From the sequence record PP856017.1: 64,000 nt of DNA. One strand, given 5' to 3'. The notes below the pieces were generated by a model. The model was given only the letters and a program-made list of their open reading frames with translations. It was not told the origin of the DNA and made no database searches. Positions within the stretch are counted from its first letter, which is position 1; each line of letters begins with the position of its first letter. A program made the translations under genes and the position numbers. Positions 27,969 to 36,533 of the stretch are shown piece after piece.

Positions 27969-28439
27969 GTGTTAGACGTGATGTTATTGAAAAAGAAAGT
28001 ATCGAATACTGGGACTTATCGATACGTTCGACTGAACAATATTCTTCCGCCATCTGGCACCAGCTACACAACGATCGGCGAAATAGAAATAATCGACACT
28101 TCGTCAGGAACAAATTGGTGTCGTCAGCCTGGAGCCGTGGCGTCAGCCAGTAGTTCTTATCCGGGTCAGACTCCGGATCAGGCTATTGATGGGATTGTCA
28201 GTCAGAACCCAGGCAACCGTTGGTCGTCTAATGGTGGAGTAGGGCAATGGTTCATGGTCGATTTTGGCCAACCTCGCTTTTTTGATTCCATTCAATTGGC
28301 GCTCATTACGGGTAACAATCAGGATCCGGTTAGTTTTACCATCCAGGGCAGTACGGATGGTACGAACTTCACTAATCTTAAGACAGTTAACCGTGGGACT
28401 TATCCCACTAACGTTTTCACCGAGGTATACAAAACATGA
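27969..28439 (+). CDS. F5/8 type C (discoidin) domain protein with LLKKK tag, tandem paralogue
   Basis: MLDVMLLKKK; IGEIEII, ASASSSY, PDQAIDG..NRWSS, QWFMVDFG, FTIQGSTDG.NF. Confidence 0.8.
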   Translation: MLDVMLLKKKVSNTGTYRYVRLNNILPPSGTSYTTIGEIEIIDTSSGTNWCRQPGAVASASSSYPGQTPDQAIDGIVSQNPGNRWSSNGGVGQWFMVDFGQPRFFDSIQLALITGNNQDPVSFTIQGSTDGTNFTNLKTVNRGTYPTNVFTEVYKT

Positions 28440-29239
28440 CTACCACTTTCGATCCGATTTACACCGCAGGGATTCAAAAGGCAATCAACGAAAAGGCCGG
28501 TCAGAATCTCAAACCCGATGGCCAATTCGGTCCGATGTCTGTCGCGGCATTGCGTACCTGCCAGGCAAAGCTTGGTTGTCCGGTGACGGGTGTCTACGAC
28601 ACGGCTACGCAAAACCTGCTCGACCCGTTCATCAAGCAGAAGTATCTGACGATGGCGTCTTTCGACAATGCGGCTTCCGCACTGGGAGTGACTGCAGCAC
28701 ATGTGCGTACCGTGTGTGATGTGGAAGCGCAAGGCTCGGGCTTCCTGCCCGATGGTCGTGTGAAGATCCTCTTCGAGCGTCACTGGTTCTCCGCAGAACT
28801 GATCGCACGCAAGATCCCGAATTACCAGCAACTTCAAGCTGCCAACAGCGACATCATCAACACTACTCCCGGTGGTTACGTTGGTGGCGCGGGTGAGTAT
28901 CCGCGTCTGGCACGGGCACTGAAGATCGATCCGTACTCGGCGTACTACTCGGCCTCCTATGGTCTTTTCCAGATCATGGGTTTCAACAGCACGTACGCTG
29001 GTTACGCCACGCCTGAGTTCCTGTATCAGGCCTGTCAGGAATCGGAAACGAAACAGTTGCTCGCTTTCGTGTCATTCATCAAGAATTACCGCGCAGGTGT
29101 GCTCTGGACGGCACTGAAGGCACAGGACTGGGCTAAGTTTGCTCTGAACTACAACGGTTCGGCCTACGCCAAAAACCAGTACGACACGAAGCTTGCGTCC
29201 AGCTTCTCGAAGTACACCAAAAACATTCTCGCGTTTTAA
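28436..29239 (+). CDS. modular endolysin: peptidoglycan-binding domain plus N-acetylmuramidase (DUF3380-type)
   Basis: DGQFGPMSVAALRTCQ..VTGVYD (PG-binding); VEAQGSGF..KILFERHWF, SASYGLFQIMGFN, WAKFALNYNGSAY..NQYD. Confidence 0.9.
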   Translation: MTTTFDPIYTAGIQKAINEKAGQNLKPDGQFGPMSVAALRTCQAKLGCPVTGVYDTATQNLLDPFIKQKYLTMASFDNAASALGVTAAHVRTVCDVEAQGSGFLPDGRVKILFERHWFSAELIARKIPNYQQLQAANSDIINTTPGGYVGGAGEYPRLARALKIDPYSAYYSASYGLFQIMGFNSTYAGYATPEFLYQACQESETKQLLAFVSFIKNYRAGVLWTALKAQDWAKFALNYNGSAYAKNQYDTKLASSFSKYTKNILAF

Positions 29240-29253
29240 GTAACTGAGTAAAT

Positions 29254-29277
29254 CCATTACCCCATTAGGGGTAATGG
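29254..29277 (+). terminator. hairpin after endolysin
   Basis: CCATTACCCC-ATTA-GGGGTAATGG followed by TGTTTTT. Confidence 0.7.
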
Positions 29278-29297
29278 TGTTTTTGAGGCCATACGTT

Positions 29298-29813
29298 ATG
29301 TTAGAAAATATGCTGCTCGGTCATGCGCCAGCTGCAACCTCAAACAAATATGCTGATTTTGTTACCTGGGCCGCCGCGTATACTTTAATTCTGCCAACTT
29401 ACACTACTGGTAGTACGCCTTATGGTTCCACTGCAGCCAACAGCCCCCGTTCAAGGATGGTCGTTCCGGCGACATGGACTCCTGGGGTAAGTTGGGGGAG
29501 TTCATCAGGCGCTCTCTGGGGCTTCTATGGCAATCAGATGCTTGGTGCTATTATTCATGCGTTTCCCGATAGCACTACCGCAAGTGAAAATGCAGCAAGC
29601 GGCAGAACAGTAGTCTTCACCCATCGTTACACGAACGGGGCTGGCAATCAGGGGGCATTTACGAGAAACGGTTACTCGACCGTCGCTAAGACTGGAGCGG
29701 GCAATTTCGCAATGGATGAATTCATCTATTACGATAAAGCCCAAGACAAAGTGATGCGTCTCTCGCCGTATAGTAATACTGCTCCAGCAGAATTTGTAGT
29801 ACCGACGTCTTGA
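29298..29813 (+). CDS. accessory virion protein with MLENMLL tag
   Basis: GAGG RBS before ATG 29298; Thr/Gly/Ser-rich. Confidence 0.55.
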   Translation: MLENMLLGHAPAATSNKYADFVTWAAAYTLILPTYTTGSTPYGSTAANSPRSRMVVPATWTPGVSWGSSSGALWGFYGNQMLGAIIHAFPDSTTASENAASGRTVVFTHRYTNGAGNQGAFTRNGYSTVAKTGAGNFAMDEFIYYDKAQDKVMRLSPYSNTAPAEFVVPTS

Positions 29814-29824
29814 CGAACATAACT

Positions 29825-29854
29825 CCTACTCCTACCCGCAAGGGTAGGAGTAGG
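29825..29854. terminator. bidirectional terminator-like hairpin
   Basis: CCTACTCCTACCC-GCAA-GGGTAGGAGTAGG between convergent stops. Confidence 0.75.
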
Positions 29855-29865
29855 TAGTCTTTCGT

Positions 29866-30144
29866 TTAATACGGCATTGAGCTTGACAAACGGACCATCA
29901 CGCCACTGGTTCCGTCGAATCGAAGATCGCCTTTCCTCATCACACCAGCGTTAGGCTGGCAGAATTCGATGATCTTTCCGTCGGCTGTTTTCACGTCGTA
30001 GAACGACTTGATATAACCGTTGCCGTCAAAGGGACGCCAATCGAAATAATCGTAGCGGTGCCGATGGCGACCACCACTTTCAAACGAACGGATACGTTCA
30101 TCGTCAAAGGCTTTCTTCGAAGGGTCTGCCTTGAGAAACGACAT
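29866..30144 (-). CDS. small hypothetical protein
   Basis: ATG at 30144 coupled (TAATG) to the upstream stop; MSFLKADPSKKAF..., 92 aa. Confidence 0.5.
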   Translation of the reverse strand: MSFLKADPSKKAFDDERIRSFESGGRHRHRYDYFDWRPFDGNGYIKSFYDVKTADGKIIEFCQPNAGVMRKGDLRFDGTSGVMVRLSSSMPY

Positions 30145-31727
30145 TACGCGTCGAAGTTGTATTCGACGATGTCGAAACCGTTGTTGCCGTCCTTCGTCTG
30201 GTACTTGAACGAACGAAGCTGACCGACGTCGAACTCGACCGTCTCGCCCTGGAACGGGCAACTGATGGTACGACCATTGAAGCGGAAGCTGTCGATGTCA
30301 CCATCTTTCAGGCGGATGACGCGCTTGCCGGCGAGGCTCATCGAGAACCACTTCAGTTGGCCCGGATTGTTTTCGGTGAAGATACGCGTTTCACCGTTGC
30401 GATCCGTCTTGATGTTGATGATGCCGAAACGACCATCCTTCTGCGGCCACAGCGTCATGTCGATGCGATCGATTTCCTTCTTCTGGTTCATCGCTTCATG
30501 AACCGCTTTTTCGATCAGGCCGATGTAGTCCTTCGCATCGGTCATGTCCGTCAACGTGTAGCTGCCGGTATCGGTATTACGGCTCGTCTTCGTGCCCGTA
30601 CCGTCGATATGCGACACCGTCTTCTTGGTGTGCTGTGCCGTCATGTCCATGCCACGATGGCCATAGATTGCCGTCACCAGAGGACCGAGGACCGGAATCA
30701 ACGGAACCAGGACTTGACCCATCGACGAGAACGCTTCGTTGGACTTGAACGATTCGGTCGTCGCTTTGGCGAGATCGTCCGTGTCGTTCTTGACTTCCTT
30801 CTGGACGTCGTCCTTCGTGTCGTCGTCTTCGTTGTTTTCGTCGTCGTCACCACCACCGGTGTCATCATCGTTGGTGTTGTTCGACGAATCGTCTGTCGGA
30901 GGATTGCTGGTATCGTCTCCGCCACCGCTTTGATCGTCACCACCAGCAGCAGCCGCATCGCCATTGGCGTCCGGGTTGTCGTTCTCCTGCGGTTCACCGT
31001 CTTCGTTGGTCGCACCTTCTGCGGCCGGAGCCGGATCGGTGTTGCCGTAGTCGGACAGCGGCTGGTTCGTGTTCTTCGTCAGGAACATCGTCTCGTACAG
31101 CTGAGCGATCTTCTGTTCGGATTCGGGCGATTGCAGACCTTCGCTGCCGTCGAGAAGTTCGGTGAATTCCATCGGAAGCGACGGAAGTTCCTTGCCACGC
31201 GGCCAGCTTTCCAGGTCGATCTTGACCCAGTCGTGATACATTTCGCCGGGCTTCGGGAAGCAATCGACTTCCCACTGCAGATCGCTCGCTTCGATGTTGA
31301 AGTAGTAGCGATCTTTCAACATGCCTTTGTCGGCGAGATACTTGAAGACGTTGAACTGATCGAGCGATGACTGCTCCGGCGTTTCCGCACAGCTGCCGCG
31401 GTTGCCGATTTCCAGCTTCGTCGTGAGAACGTACGAAACAGCAGCACCGGGTTCGCGAAGGTTGATCGACTTGCGTACCCGGATCGAGCCGGCGCCAGCG
31501 TTCGCTTCGGTCTTCGGGATTTTGATCGACCACTGTTCCTGCCGTTCTGCAGCAGTGGCACGTTCGAGCCAGCCGAAGTCTTTCACACGAACGTAAATCA
31601 CACGCTCGATTTCAGCCGAGGTACGACCGGAAACATCTTCCGCCTCGTTCGATTTCAAGCCTTTGAGGGCCTTGATCTCGACTGCCTTAAACGAATCGGC
31701 GAGTAAGGTACTGGATCCGAAACTCAT
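30144..31727 (-). CDS. virion (probably head) protein with N-terminal CYTH-like domain and acidic linker
   Basis: EIER, IRVRK, KDRY, WEVDCF, KIDLE (CYTH pattern); D/E/N/G-rich linker; SxE/AxE motifs. Confidence 0.6.
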   Translation of the reverse strand: MSFGSSTLLADSFKAVEIKALKGLKSNEAEDVSGRTSAEIERVIYVRVKDFGWLERATAAERQEQWSIKIPKTEANAGAGSIRVRKSINLREPGAAVSYVLTTKLEIGNRGSCAETPEQSSLDQFNVFKYLADKGMLKDRYYFNIEASDLQWEVDCFPKPGEMYHDWVKIDLESWPRGKELPSLPMEFTELLDGSEGLQSPESEQKIAQLYETMFLTKNTNQPLSDYGNTDPAPAAEGATNEDGEPQENDNPDANGDAAAAGGDDQSGGGDDTSNPPTDDSSNNTNDDDTGGGDDDENNEDDDTKDDVQKEVKNDTDDLAKATTESFKSNEAFSSMGQVLVPLIPVLGPLVTAIYGHRGMDMTAQHTKKTVSHIDGTGTKTSRNTDTGSYTLTDMTDAKDYIGLIEKAVHEAMNQKKEIDRIDMTLWPQKDGRFGIINIKTDRNGETRIFTENNPGQLKWFSMSLAGKRVIRLKDGDIDSFRFNGRTISCPFQGETVEFDVGQLRSFKYQTKDGNNGFDIVEYNFDA

Positions 31728-31742
31728 AAGTTTACTCCTTGC

Positions 31743-32063
31743 TTAGCCACCCAGGAAGATCTTCATCATTTCGATGATGCTGTCGATGAACTTCTCCACC
31801 AGCTTGGCTTCAGGTAAAGGTTTTTCAAAAATGAAAGAAAGAAAATAGGTGAAGAAGATAAGGAAGAGCAGAACGATCAAAGCCGTTACGATCTTCTTGA
31901 CGAACGGGTTCTTCAGACGTTCCTTCATTTCCTCATCCTCTCGGTCGATGTCGAGAGCCTTCTCGACCTGATCCAGAAGATCATCGGAGGAGTTACGCTT
32001 TTCCTCCGATGATCCTTCAGGTTTGGCAGTCATAACTGCCGGCTCAGTTGCTTGAGCTTCCAT
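31743..32063 (-). CDS. single-pass membrane protein, holin/antiholin candidate
   Basis: acidic N-terminus, TM IVTALIVLLFLIFFTYFLSFIF; overlaps o-spanin stop. Confidence 0.45.
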   Translation of the reverse strand: MEAQATEPAVMTAKPEGSSEEKRNSSDDLLDQVEKALDIDREDEEMKERLKNPFVKKIVTALIVLLFLIFFTYFLSFIFEKPLPEAKLVEKFIDSIIEMMKIFLGG

Positions 32064-32385
32064 TGCTCGTTGCCTTCTTGTTCAGCTCGTCCACCTTCTT
32101 GGCGACTTCAGCTTTCCATTCACGCAACCCTGCTTTGTCGGCGCGGTCCTTACCGATCACGCCGAGAAGATCGTTGATGTACGATGTCAACATGTCTTCT
32201 TTAGCGTCGCAGGTCAACTTCGAATACTCGACGCTCGTTGCCGGCGGCGGAGGAACGGTGTTGTCCTGAAGCAGGTTATCGTTGGGGGTCATGATCGCAT
32301 ATTTGTCGCGGTACTGGATATTCCCAGCGCACCCGCTCAGGCCGACTGCGGCGATCATCGCAATCAGCAAGAAGTTCTTCTTCAT
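32044..32385 (-). CDS. o-spanin (Rz1-like lipoprotein)
   Basis: signal peptide with lipobox LSGC; Pro-rich stretch; coupled to i-spanin. Confidence 0.8.
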   Translation of the reverse strand: MKKNFLLIAMIAAVGLSGCAGNIQYRDKYAIMTPNDNLLQDNTVPPPPATSVEYSKLTCDAKEDMLTSYINDLLGVIGKDRADKAGLREWKAEVAKKVDELNKKATSNGSSSN

Positions 32386-32879
32386 TTGGTAGGTCCCTCG
32401 CCTTGTGCTTCACTCGCAGCAGACGCAGGTGTCGCGGCAGCTGCTCTTTGTTGGCATGTAGCATTGGTCGGCTCCACCTGGCAGTACGTATCCCAGACGC
32501 TATCCATGCGGGCAACCGAGACTTGCTCGGCTTGCTGCTGGGGATTGGTGACGGTCTGCTTGATCGTCGCAACACGCTTCTGAGTCGTATTGCGAATCAC
32601 AATGGCAGCCGATGCCAGATTGTCCTTCTGTTCAGTGGCGACCGTTTGTGCTGCATCGTTCGCCTTGGCGCCGGTGTCGGCGACAACCAGGTCCTGCTTG
32701 ACTTCATGGACCTGTTCCTGCTTGACGGCAATAGTCTGCACGTCTTTGATGTGTTGTTTCCAGAGGAAGTATGCACCGATCAGCATGGCGACTATCACAC
32801 CGCCAACAGCACAATACAGACCCCACTTGATGCCCTTCACCGCCGGAATGGCATCTTCGACTACGTCTTCAATTCCCAT
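32382..32879 (-). CDS. i-spanin (Rz-like)
   Basis: N-terminal TM helix, periplasmic coiled coil, C-terminal Cys pair. Confidence 0.75.
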   Translation of the reverse strand: MGIEDVVEDAIPAVKGIKWGLYCAVGGVIVAMLIGAYFLWKQHIKDVQTIAVKQEQVHEVKQDLVVADTGAKANDAAQTVATEQKDNLASAAIVIRNTTQKRVATIKQTVTNPQQQAEQVSVARMDSVWDTYCQVEPTNATCQQRAAAATPASAASEAQGEGPTK

Positions 32880-33450
32880 GATCGAGCTCTCTTTTTAAAG
32901 AACAATACGTGACAGCAAGTGAGTCGACCGCATTGTTATCCATGGCGTCAATATCACCTACCAGAACATCCATGATTTCAGGTATTTTTTTAATTGCTTC
33001 AGTCATGGCGTGTTTGTCACCACTATTACCCTTGACCCCAACCGAATTCTTGATGCTCGATGGGTCAATTTTCTCTAGGCTCAGGTAGGGGTTATAGTTG
33101 TGAACTTCTTCTTCCGTCATGTACAGACATTCTGCGAGTGGAATGACTGCTCCCGGCATTCCGGGATTAATGTACGGGTGTTCAGAAGCGATCTTCAGCG
33201 GTCTCTCTTTTTGATAAAGAGCACGCTGATACATCCGAAACGCCTGAAGCTTCAGGAAACGTAAGGTCTGGTATCCGAACTGTGGACTGCGCTTGGCCAT
33301 CTTCTCAAGATTGAGACATATGGCTGTTGCGCGAATGATCTTCCGGTCGGGGACGTCATAGTGGATAAGACCAACCCCGGGAAACGATGTCCCGGGGTCG
33401 AAGCCTACGAACTTGACGATACCATCCCCATCATGCGGGATGTGAAGCAT
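32869..33450 (-). CDS. ruvC: RuvC-like Holliday junction resolvase
   Basis: FVGFDPG, IASEHPY, PSSIKNSV...GDKHAM, NNAVDSLAV. Confidence 0.85.
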   Translation of the reverse strand: MLHIPHDGDGIVKFVGFDPGTSFPGVGLIHYDVPDRKIIRATAICLNLEKMAKRSPQFGYQTLRFLKLQAFRMYQRALYQKERPLKIASEHPYINPGMPGAVIPLAECLYMTEEEVHNYNPYLSLEKIDPSSIKNSVGVKGNSGDKHAMTEAIKKIPEIMDVLVGDIDAMDNNAVDSLAVTYCSLKRELDHGN

Positions 33451-33453
33451 GTG

Positions 33454-34308
33454 TTACGCGTTCACGCCTTCCAGCTGGAAGAGCGGCTCGGAGATACCGA
33501 GTTCCAGGTTGTCCGTGAGCGACTCGTTGATGTAGTCGAGCGGATACAGGGCCTGAACGAACGTGGCGATTTGCACGCCAAGTGCTTCGGTGAATGAGAA
33601 GGTGCCCGTGCCCGACGGTGCGTTGATCACCGTATCGGCACCGGTACACAGCGCCAGTTCCGATACGATCGCGCGGTCAGCCGACTGCGTGATGATCTGC
33701 GATGCTGCACGGATTTCCGCGATGTCGAAGTCGTCCAGCGGCAGCGAGATAATCGTCGAGGCGATCACCGAGTAACCGGAGAGCAGGTTGGTACCGCTTT
33801 CGGTCAGATCGGTCGGGGTCGGGTTCAGGTTCGATTCGTCCGGCACCACGTCGGTGGTCGTGACCGAACCATCAGCGAGCGTTTGCTTCAGGAACAGGTC
33901 GGTGTCGGCCTGCGAGAAGTCCACGCGCTTGAGCCAGTAAGCCCAGTAGGCATTGCCGTTATACTCGACCTGCTGACGCAGCGCATAGCGGGCACGGTAT
34001 TGTGCCGGCAGGTCGTTGTCGAGTGCTCGCAGACTGAAAGGCATGTGGTTGAAGAGCGCCGCGTCCGTCGACTTGTGTTGCAGGATCTTCGGATACTGCG
34101 AACCATCTGCGCCGGTTTCCATGCCCAGACCACCACGGCCAAGAGCGATATAGCCGAGTTTGGTGTAGGCGCCAGCGCCCGGATATTGCTGGGCCAGAAC
34201 GTTGAACTTTTCGTTCAGCGTCGTGTACTTCAGCCACTTGTAGGCTGCGCCTCGGACCATTGCGGATTGCAAATCCGAGAACCACAGCGTGCGGGTAACG
34301 TGTTCCAT
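33454..34308 (-). CDS. phiKZ-like virion structural (baseplate-type) protein
   Basis: YIALGRGG..H...DAALFNHMPF..R...NDL...R..YALR, YWLKR conserved-looking blocks. Confidence 0.65.
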   Translation of the reverse strand: MEHVTRTLWFSDLQSAMVRGAAYKWLKYTTLNEKFNVLAQQYPGAGAYTKLGYIALGRGGLGMETGADGSQYPKILQHKSTDAALFNHMPFSLRALDNDLPAQYRARYALRQQVEYNGNAYWAYWLKRVDFSQADTDLFLKQTLADGSVTTTDVVPDESNLNPTPTDLTESGTNLLSGYSVIASTIISLPLDDFDIAEIRAASQIITQSADRAIVSELALCTGADTVINAPSGTGTFSFTEALGVQIATFVQALYPLDYINESLTDNLELGISEPLFQLEGVNA

Positions 34309-34331
34309 GAGTGACCTGTCAAAGGGTAAGG

Positions 34332-36533
34332 TTACGATTCAAACAATGAGGTTTTTTGCTCATCGGTCAGGGCCATGTATTGGTCCATACCGAGGATCTG
34401 TTGAAGCGGGGTGCCAGAAACATCTGGCGGATTGACCAGAGAGAATTCCATCCGGCTCAGATTAAACTTGTGTTGATAGATCTGCCCACGGTCAGGTTCA
34501 TGTGGCCCATTGCGCAGATTCACGTAGAACTTGCCTCGACCCGTCACCTTGTGGGACAAGATGTCCTTGAAGATGTTGATCGGCACACTTTCGTTGTTCG
34601 TAGCAGAGCCTTCATGACTGAGTACTTCCACGCTACCAACACGCAGGTACTCATGACCGGAAGCTGAGATTTTCTGATCGCCTACTCGCACACTCGGCAA
34701 ATCCGTCATGATGGTTTCATCATCTGCCATTTGCGTCACCACTTGAATGGTGTAGCTCGACAGATCCATCAAGGCGTTAGCCATGGCTTTCTGGATATTG
34801 CGCAGGCTCGGAGCAGTCACGAGTGTCTGACCCAAAGCCGCGCCCACCAAAGACGTGTAGAGCAACCCGAACTCATCCGCCGACAGCGTATCGAAATTCA
34901 GGTTCAGTCCCAGAAGCCATTGCGAGTATGTCGTGCCTTCAGGCTGCAAACGAACATAGGCATCGCCATAGAAACGTTCGACATACTTGAAGACTTCCGA
35001 GCGGTTTTGCATACCTTCCTGATACGCCACGAGGTTGCGCTGGAAGTTAGCAGACTTGAAGATGTTGTCGGTGAATGCATAGAACGCATCGATCGAAATC
35101 ATCGGCGTAGCTTCCACCACGAACTGCTTGGCAGTTGACAGCGCAAAGTCATCGACGTAGTTCAGATCCACGCCCGTTTGAAGATCCGCATCCGATGGAA
35201 TCGGATAACGCTGAACGCGTTGGGCTCCGAGTAGCGGAATTACCGCCATGTCAAAGCCATACTGCTTATACATACAGTAGGTTGCCAGAATGTAGGCATC
35301 CTTAACCGTCAGTACGATACGCTCACTCGTCTTCGGATTTGAAACGTTGACGACCGCTGAATACAGACCATTGGAAGCGTAATACAACCAGTGCGCCACC
35401 TGAATGTCTGAGAGCTTGTACGTCTGAGCGCCAGAATAATCGACCATCGCCGATTCCAGCACTTTAGTCTGAACCACATTGGACGGGCTGTCCTTGAGGA
35501 ACTGGGTGATATCATCCTGAGAATAGGTGATCTCGTCCAGATTGTCCGGTGCAAAATCGTTTTCCTTCGCGAGGAAGGTGGGTACGTCAATGTACTCCGG
35601 AGCCCCTGAGGACGGAACCGATGTGAGGTCAGTCCGCTTGAAGGTGACATCTGCATACACGTTCTCCGTGACATTGGTGGTGTCATGGCGCATCGTGTAG
35701 TCGGCCAAGGGAATGTTGCGCTTGGTCATCAATGCGTCGACGAGTCGCGACAACGTATCGTTGTTACCTGGATGGCGTTGGTAATACAGGATGTTCCTGT
35801 AGAAGTGCATCGCCTGATCCAGATTCATGAATGGGTAGAATTCCCCCAGACTCGAATTGGATGCCAGATAGTTCGACACGTAGAAGCTGTGGGCCTCGAT
35901 CGTTTTGTGGCGTTTCAAGCGTTCCGTCAGGATCAGCGGAATCAGGTTCATGTAGTACATCGACAACACGACACCGTAATACAAGCTGTCCGAAATCGTA
36001 TACTGCTCGTTATAATAACGCTTGAAATAGATGGTCGTCCAGTCCTGCAAAGAGTTCACGAGCGTGTACTCATTTGACTCGATGGCGTTGACCGGGTAGC
36101 CCAGTATTGTATGGTCAGGGGCGGCTATAGCAGTCGCCTTATCAACCGGATAGAGTATCCCGAGAATGACATCCTCTTGAGTAGGATACTTGGCGAGCAA
36201 CTCGCCATATTGTCGCGTACCGAACTGGTAATCGCGCGCGGTGTTCTTGTGAATCACGAGGTTAGCCGGGGTGAAGTCGATCGTCGCGAGGTTATCGGAC
36301 GAGACCACTTGCATCACGGTGTCAGTCGGGTGGTATTCACCAGCCAGATTCATGTAGTATTTCCATGTCTCCGGGTTATCCGCGTCTGTTTCGTATTCTT
36401 GAAATTGGAGAAGTCTGTCGTTAACGCGCTGTGCAACATACTCAGACTTGATAATCAGAGTCTGAGCCAGTGTCAACACGCTATTGAGATAGACCTGAAA
36501 TGAATTATCGCTCACGGTAGGTATCCATGTCAT
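34332..36533 (-). CDS. phiKZ-like virion structural protein (gp128-like)
   Basis: 733 aa; WKYYMNLAGEYH; divergent from portal; start uncertain. Confidence 0.65.
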   Translation of the reverse strand: MTWIPTVSDNSFQVYLNSVLTLAQTLIIKSEYVAQRVNDRLLQFQEYETDADNPETWKYYMNLAGEYHPTDTVMQVVSSDNLATIDFTPANLVIHKNTARDYQFGTRQYGELLAKYPTQEDVILGILYPVDKATAIAAPDHTILGYPVNAIESNEYTLVNSLQDWTTIYFKRYYNEQYTISDSLYYGVVLSMYYMNLIPLILTERLKRHKTIEAHSFYVSNYLASNSSLGEFYPFMNLDQAMHFYRNILYYQRHPGNNDTLSRLVDALMTKRNIPLADYTMRHDTTNVTENVYADVTFKRTDLTSVPSSGAPEYIDVPTFLAKENDFAPDNLDEITYSQDDITQFLKDSPSNVVQTKVLESAMVDYSGAQTYKLSDIQVAHWLYYASNGLYSAVVNVSNPKTSERIVLTVKDAYILATYCMYKQYGFDMAVIPLLGAQRVQRYPIPSDADLQTGVDLNYVDDFALSTAKQFVVEATPMISIDAFYAFTDNIFKSANFQRNLVAYQEGMQNRSEVFKYVERFYGDAYVRLQPEGTTYSQWLLGLNLNFDTLSADEFGLLYTSLVGAALGQTLVTAPSLRNIQKAMANALMDLSSYTIQVVTQMADDETIMTDLPSVRVGDQKISASGHEYLRVGSVEVLSHEGSATNNESVPINIFKDILSHKVTGRGKFYVNLRNGPHEPDRGQIYQHKFNLSRMEFSLVNPPDVSGTPLQQILGMDQYMALTDEQKTSLFES

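Noticed and set aside
29866-30261. 131-aa ORF as called in the track
   Set aside because: Its 5' part overlaps the CYTH gene; the coupled ATG at 30144 is the more plausible start
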